64,000 nucleotides of DNA from a virus. Lineage: Duplodnaviria; Caudoviricetes. The stretch is taken from positions 1,123 to 65,122 of the IMG/VR virus record IMGVR_UViG_3300028920_000072; one strand, 5' to 3'. The notes beneath the pieces are model-generated. The model was not told the DNA's origin and searched no databases. It was given only the letters and a program-made list of their open reading frames with translations. Positions within the stretch are counted from its first letter, which is position 1. Each line of letters opens with the position of its first letter. Positions 60,479-64,000 of this stretch are shown here, one piece after another. Both the position numbers and the translations under genes were made by a program.

Positions 60479-60666
60479 TTTAGTTGATTTTTATGTTTAA
60501 TCTTACGAGTATAAATCTTTTTACTAGTATGAATTTTAGTTATCCTTGTAAATCCATTATCTAAGGTAGCTTCACGACTACCTCGTCTATTTGCTTTAAT
60601 GTAATCGTTTAACATTTCCGTTTTCGATATTTTGCTAATATTTTTGCGGTTTCTTTTACTGCACAC
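60475..60666 (-). CDS. Small basic hypothetical protein
   Basis: YIKANRRGSREA...KIHTSKKIYTRKIKHK. Confidence 0.55.
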   Translation of the reverse strand: MCSKRNRKNISKISKTEMLNDYIKANRRGSREATLDNGFTRITKIHTSKKIYTRKIKHKNQLK

Positions 60667-60838
60667 GGGTCTATTGATTTAAGTTTTCTTAAATTATAAA
60701 GCCAATATAAATATTTTATTATTTTAAACATCTTTGTAATTTTATTATAATGGGGAAAAGTTGTTTTAGATGTTTCCTCCCCCAGCTCACCCTGACTCAT
60801 CTTTCGTTTCGCAACTATTTGATGGACTTTCCTTTTTT

Positions 60839-61027
60839 TTAAAAAATTTGTTTTTCATTTGCTTTATCATGTTCTCTTAAATCATATACTATACCATTTT
60901 CTTTACATAACTTTTTACAATCAACATTAAATGCTACTGATAAAAGAATAATATGTCTTTCATTTAATAAGTTAAAAGCATGAAGATTATCCATATAGTC
61001 AATTAACTTTTTGTCTATTTCATTCAT
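60839..61027 (-). CDS. Hypothetical protein
   Basis: 62-aa ORF in a tightly packed run of small genes. Confidence 0.45.
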   Translation of the reverse strand: MNEIDKKLIDYMDNLHAFNLLNERHIILLSVAFNVDCKKLCKENGIVYDLREHDKANEKQIF

Positions 61028-61030
61028 TAT

Positions 61031-61237
61031 TTATTGGTTAGGTTTATAAAATTCCACTTCTGTGTATGCTGCAATATATATTCTATCTCCATCCGCATTA
61101 TATCCATTGCAATATATCCCGTCAAGTCTACATATAGTAATAATATCACCCTTATTAACAGGTATTGCACCAGGTGGTATCTTTGCATCTTCAAGCAGCT
61201 TTACTTTTATGCCGTATTCTATATCGTATGCTTTCAT
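61031..61237 (-). CDS. Small beta-rich (SH3-like) hypothetical protein
   Basis: VNKGDIITICRLDGIYCNGYNADGDRIYI pattern. Confidence 0.5.
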   Translation of the reverse strand: MKAYDIEYGIKVKLLEDAKIPPGAIPVNKGDIITICRLDGIYCNGYNADGDRIYIAAYTEVEFYKPNQ

Positions 61238-61246
61238 CTCTATTGT

Positions 61247-61738
61247 TTATAGATTAATCAAATAGTCCAAAAACCTTTTTGCTCCTTTGTTACAAAGTTC
61301 ATGTAATTGCGGATGAGAAATACCAGCTTCTTTAAATTCGTCATACATTGCCATAGCTATATTAGCAAGCCATCCATGATAATAGTCAGAGTCCTCAGCT
61401 AAACTGTCTGTCAAAACATTAATGGCATTTTCTAAGTCTGTTTTCATGATATTATTGTTTATTGGTTTGTTTAAAACTATTTTACCTCCACAAAAAGGGC
61501 AGTAATTATGTTTGTTTTCATCCAAATCACCTACTTCTAACTGATAAGCCTCATCACATTCTGTATCGTAAAAACAAAATTCTTCATCATATTTCCACTC
61601 GCAGGTCTTCTCCTCACAGTATTGCTCTGTAAACTTTATTGCATCAATAGCCCTTATTTTCATAAAGACCAAGTTTAAAATATTCTTTAAAAAATTCTTT
61701 TTATCAGTATATTCTTCTTTGTCATATACTGTTTTCAT
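61247..61738 (-). CDS. Two-domain hypothetical protein (Zn-ribbon + helical domain)
   Basis: CEWKY...TEC...NYCPFCGGKI followed by MKTDLENA...GWLANIAMAMYDEF. Confidence 0.55.
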   Translation of the reverse strand: MKTVYDKEEYTDKKNFLKNILNLVFMKIRAIDAIKFTEQYCEEKTCEWKYDEEFCFYDTECDEAYQLEVGDLDENKHNYCPFCGGKIVLNKPINNNIMKTDLENAINVLTDSLAEDSDYYHGWLANIAMAMYDEFKEAGISHPQLHELCNKGAKRFLDYLINL

Positions 61739-61740
61739 CT

Positions 61741-62091
61741 CTATTGTTTATTGGTTAAAAATTCTTTTATTTTCAGACCTAATACATAACAAGCATCATT
61801 CCACCCTTCGTTGTATCTATTATTAGTTTTACTATAATCATCTTGTTTATATGTTTGTTCAATAATTTTATTAATGTCGTCTGTTGATATTTGATCTTTA
61901 CTGGACATTAATATTTCAATTATTTTAGTTGGTAACTGAAATTTTTTCCCTTTACCATGTTGTAAAGGATAATCATTTGAATAACCAAATGTCCAATCTC
62001 CCTTTTTTGTTTGTAATACGAAATAATTATCTCCTTGAGAATAATATTCTCTTATTAACTTATTTAAAAAATTTCTGATTTTTTCCTTCAT
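61741..62091 (-). CDS. Hypothetical protein
   Basis: 116-aa ORF; YNEGWNDAC motif common in small phage proteins. Confidence 0.55.
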   Translation of the reverse strand: MKEKIRNFLNKLIREYYSQGDNYFVLQTKKGDWTFGYSNDYPLQHGKGKKFQLPTKIIEILMSSKDQISTDDINKIIEQTYKQDDYSKTNNRYNEGWNDACYVLGLKIKEFLTNKQ

Positions 62092-62135
62092 TGATTCTTT
62101 ATATTTTTGTAGCTAGTTTTATAACCGAATATAGT

Positions 62136-62170
62136 AAAAAAAAGAGCTACACTTTTCATGTAGCCCTTTT
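62136..62170. terminator. Intrinsic terminator-like hairpin
   Basis: AAAAAAAAGAGCTAC-acttttcat-GTAGCCCTTTT. Confidence 0.6.
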
Positions 62171-62220
62171 CATCAATAAATTAGTGGAAATATAAGCTAG
62201 GAAATCACGAAGCTTTTGAT

Positions 62221-63114
62221 TTATTCTTCATTATCACTTTCAACAGTGTCAACATTAGTTTCATCTTCAACATCATTGTCTACTGCTGGTGCTTCATCCA
62301 GTTTTGGTGAAATGATTTCTTTTTCTTCTTTGTGAGTTGTCTTTTTAGTCACTACAGTTTCGGCGACTTCAAAGTCTTTTACATTATTTTCATAATGTCT
62401 TGTGCATGTTTCAGCAAGTTCTTCGATATCGTCTTCATCTGCCCAAAATCTGTATATCGATAAGTGTACTGGTTGGTCTTTATGGTAATTACCTTTGCTG
62501 TCACGCCTGGTTGATGTTAGAGGTACAATTTCACCTTTTGCGTTTATTCTATGTACTGCATATTTGGGCACGTTCATGGCAATCAGTAGACCAAGGATTG
62601 CTAATCCATTAATTTTGTACTTTTTTTGCTTATTTTCTCCTGTTTCAAAATCACCACGGGTTGTACCTTGAGCTATGAAAAGACCGTTATTTTTCAGGAA
62701 ATTTGCTCTTTCAGAAATTGGGGTGTCTTCTTCATATTCTCTGAGTACTTTTTCGATTTCATCGTACAATAAGGTTTGTGTATTTTTAAAAATGTTATGT
62801 GGTGGTGCTTTTTTCTTTGACCTTATTGTGACGGTTGTTTCGTTTGTTGTTTCGTTGGTAACGACTTTTGTTAATCCTGCAGGTACCATGAAGGCTCTGA
62901 AGTAATTGTCTTTTTTTATGCCTGCATCTATAGCTTCTTGGCTTGGATTAGTAGTATGTTTAAAGGTTTCAAAAGTGAGTTTATTACCTTTTTCATCTAC
63001 TTTTGTTATTTTTCGTGATACAAGTATTACTTCATAAGGGATAACTCCTGGTAATTCTCCTGATTTTGGGAATAAATTAGGATTTAAGTCTTTAATTGTT
63101 TTTTTTGAACTCAT
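62221..63114 (-). CDS. Hypothetical protein with acidic C-terminal tail
   Basis: 297-aa ORF ending VDNDVEDETNVDTVESDNEE. Confidence 0.65.
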   Translation of the reverse strand: MSSKKTIKDLNPNLFPKSGELPGVIPYEVILVSRKITKVDEKGNKLTFETFKHTTNPSQEAIDAGIKKDNYFRAFMVPAGLTKVVTNETTNETTVTIRSKKKAPPHNIFKNTQTLLYDEIEKVLREYEEDTPISERANFLKNNGLFIAQGTTRGDFETGENKQKKYKINGLAILGLLIAMNVPKYAVHRINAKGEIVPLTSTRRDSKGNYHKDQPVHLSIYRFWADEDDIEELAETCTRHYENNVKDFEVAETVVTKKTTHKEEKEIISPKLDEAPAVDNDVEDETNVDTVESDNEE

Positions 63115-63159
63115 TTTGTTTTATTTTTGTTATGTGTTAAAATGTTAATTTGCTGATGA

Positions 63160-63399
63160 TTATTTTATTAGTTTTAAGGCATCTCTTTCAGTTAGATTGT
63201 TTAGTTGGTTGGAAGATATGTGAATGTTCTTTTCTTTTAATATGTTTTGAACATTTATTCTTTGGTCTTTATTTAGTTTGCTACTTTTATTAAACCAAGA
63301 GGGATTTACAGTTGGTTTGAATAGTAGCCTACCAGATCTGCATATGTTTCTTTTTATTTCTCTTCTTGTGAGAAAAGAATGTTTCATTGGTATATTCAT
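63160..63399 (-). CDS. Hypothetical protein
   Basis: 79-aa ORF. Confidence 0.45.
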   Translation of the reverse strand: MNIPMKHSFLTRREIKRNICRSGRLLFKPTVNPSWFNKSSKLNKDQRINVQNILKEKNIHISSNQLNNLTERDALKLIK

Positions 63400-63611
63400 G
63401 GTATATTTAATAATATTAAGATTATTATAAAGAATATTCCAGTTATTGTTATGAATATATTTCCTATTCTATCTAATTTCTTGGCTTTGAGCCAATTTCC
63501 TTTTGACCTTACTATTTCTGCTTTTAATCCTGTTGCAATGAATAGTATTGCAGTTATTGCTGCTATTAAACCAAAGGTTTCTGTTAGTGTTTGTAGTATT
63601 GTTTTTTCCAT
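63396..63611 (-). CDS. Small two-TM membrane protein (likely start 63611)
   Basis: FGLIAAITAILFIATGL and IFITITGIFFIIILILL hydrophobic segments. Confidence 0.5.
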   Translation of the reverse strand: MEKTILQTLTETFGLIAAITAILFIATGLKAEIVRSKGNWLKAKKLDRIGNIFITITGIFFIIILILLNIP

Positions 63612-64000
63612 TTGATGTTTTTTAAAAATATACAAAATACATGTGAAGTCAGCATCACATGTATTTGCCACTATTGCCTTTTTTCCTGGTTATTGTTTTA
63701 TTTATATTTCTTACCATTGTAGCTGACTAATTATTGTTTCTAATTGATTTTAAATTAAAAAGAAATAACTTACAATGCTTACATGATTATAATCTTTATA
63801 ATTCTCTACTAAATTATAAACACTATTTATAAACACCATATTCAATATGGTAACTTTGACTGGTAGATTAATATAGTGTTTTTCGGCTTTTATGATAGAC
63901 AACATGTAAGGATCGCTACTTAGCTTATCTATCATCACAGTGTAAATCTCTTTGGTGCTATCAATACACCCAGTTTAACTTTCTTATCACGTTAATTAGG

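Noticed and set aside
60815-60840. RNase P RNA (AGGAAAGTCC on the - strand)
   Set aside because: Only the short motif is present; the space is too small and the complementary 3' P4 motif was not found
1-64000. Stop-codon reassignment (TAG/TGA), known in some crAss-like phages
   Set aside because: Giant ORFs are uninterrupted under the standard code, TAG and TGA end genes at natural-looking C-termini, and no suppressor tRNA was seen
1-64000. Diversity-generating retroelement or retron
   Set aside because: No reverse transcriptase motifs and no template/variable repeat pair seen in this window

Overview
AT-rich 64-kb segment of a crAss-like (Crassvirales-type) phage genome, host probably Bacteroidota (inferred from gene content and A-rich, mostly SD-less translation starts). 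The + strand (1-31004) is the virion module: holin, ring/tail-tube proteins, IHF-like protein, muzzle/tail-stabilisation protein, cargo proteins, a 4483-aa virion RNA polymerase polyprotein and a 1916-aa zincin/nuclease protein. It converges on a terminator cluster at ~31.0-31.2 kb. The - strand (31.2-64 kb) carries the replication/metabolism module (exonuclease, endonuclease, primase, SSB, AAA ATPase, DnaB, PolB, phosphoesterase, MoxR/vWA pair, class II RNR, M23 peptidase) and many hypothetical genes. The genetic code is standard. Most notable: (1) a ~1.58-kb ORF-free, hairpin-dense region (51637-53218) with GNRA and T-loop motifs on the - strand, a candidate giant ncRNA; (2) directly upstream of it, a degenerate long-chain acyl-CoA synthetase (ANL fold) homolog; (3) SLOG (cpYpsA) and RNase H domains fused to the RNAP C-terminus; (4) two related structured RNA motifs in the replication operon and a tRNA-like cloverleaf; (5) a cargo gene split by an in-frame TAA. 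All calls come from motif recognition by eye; no searches or folding programs were run.
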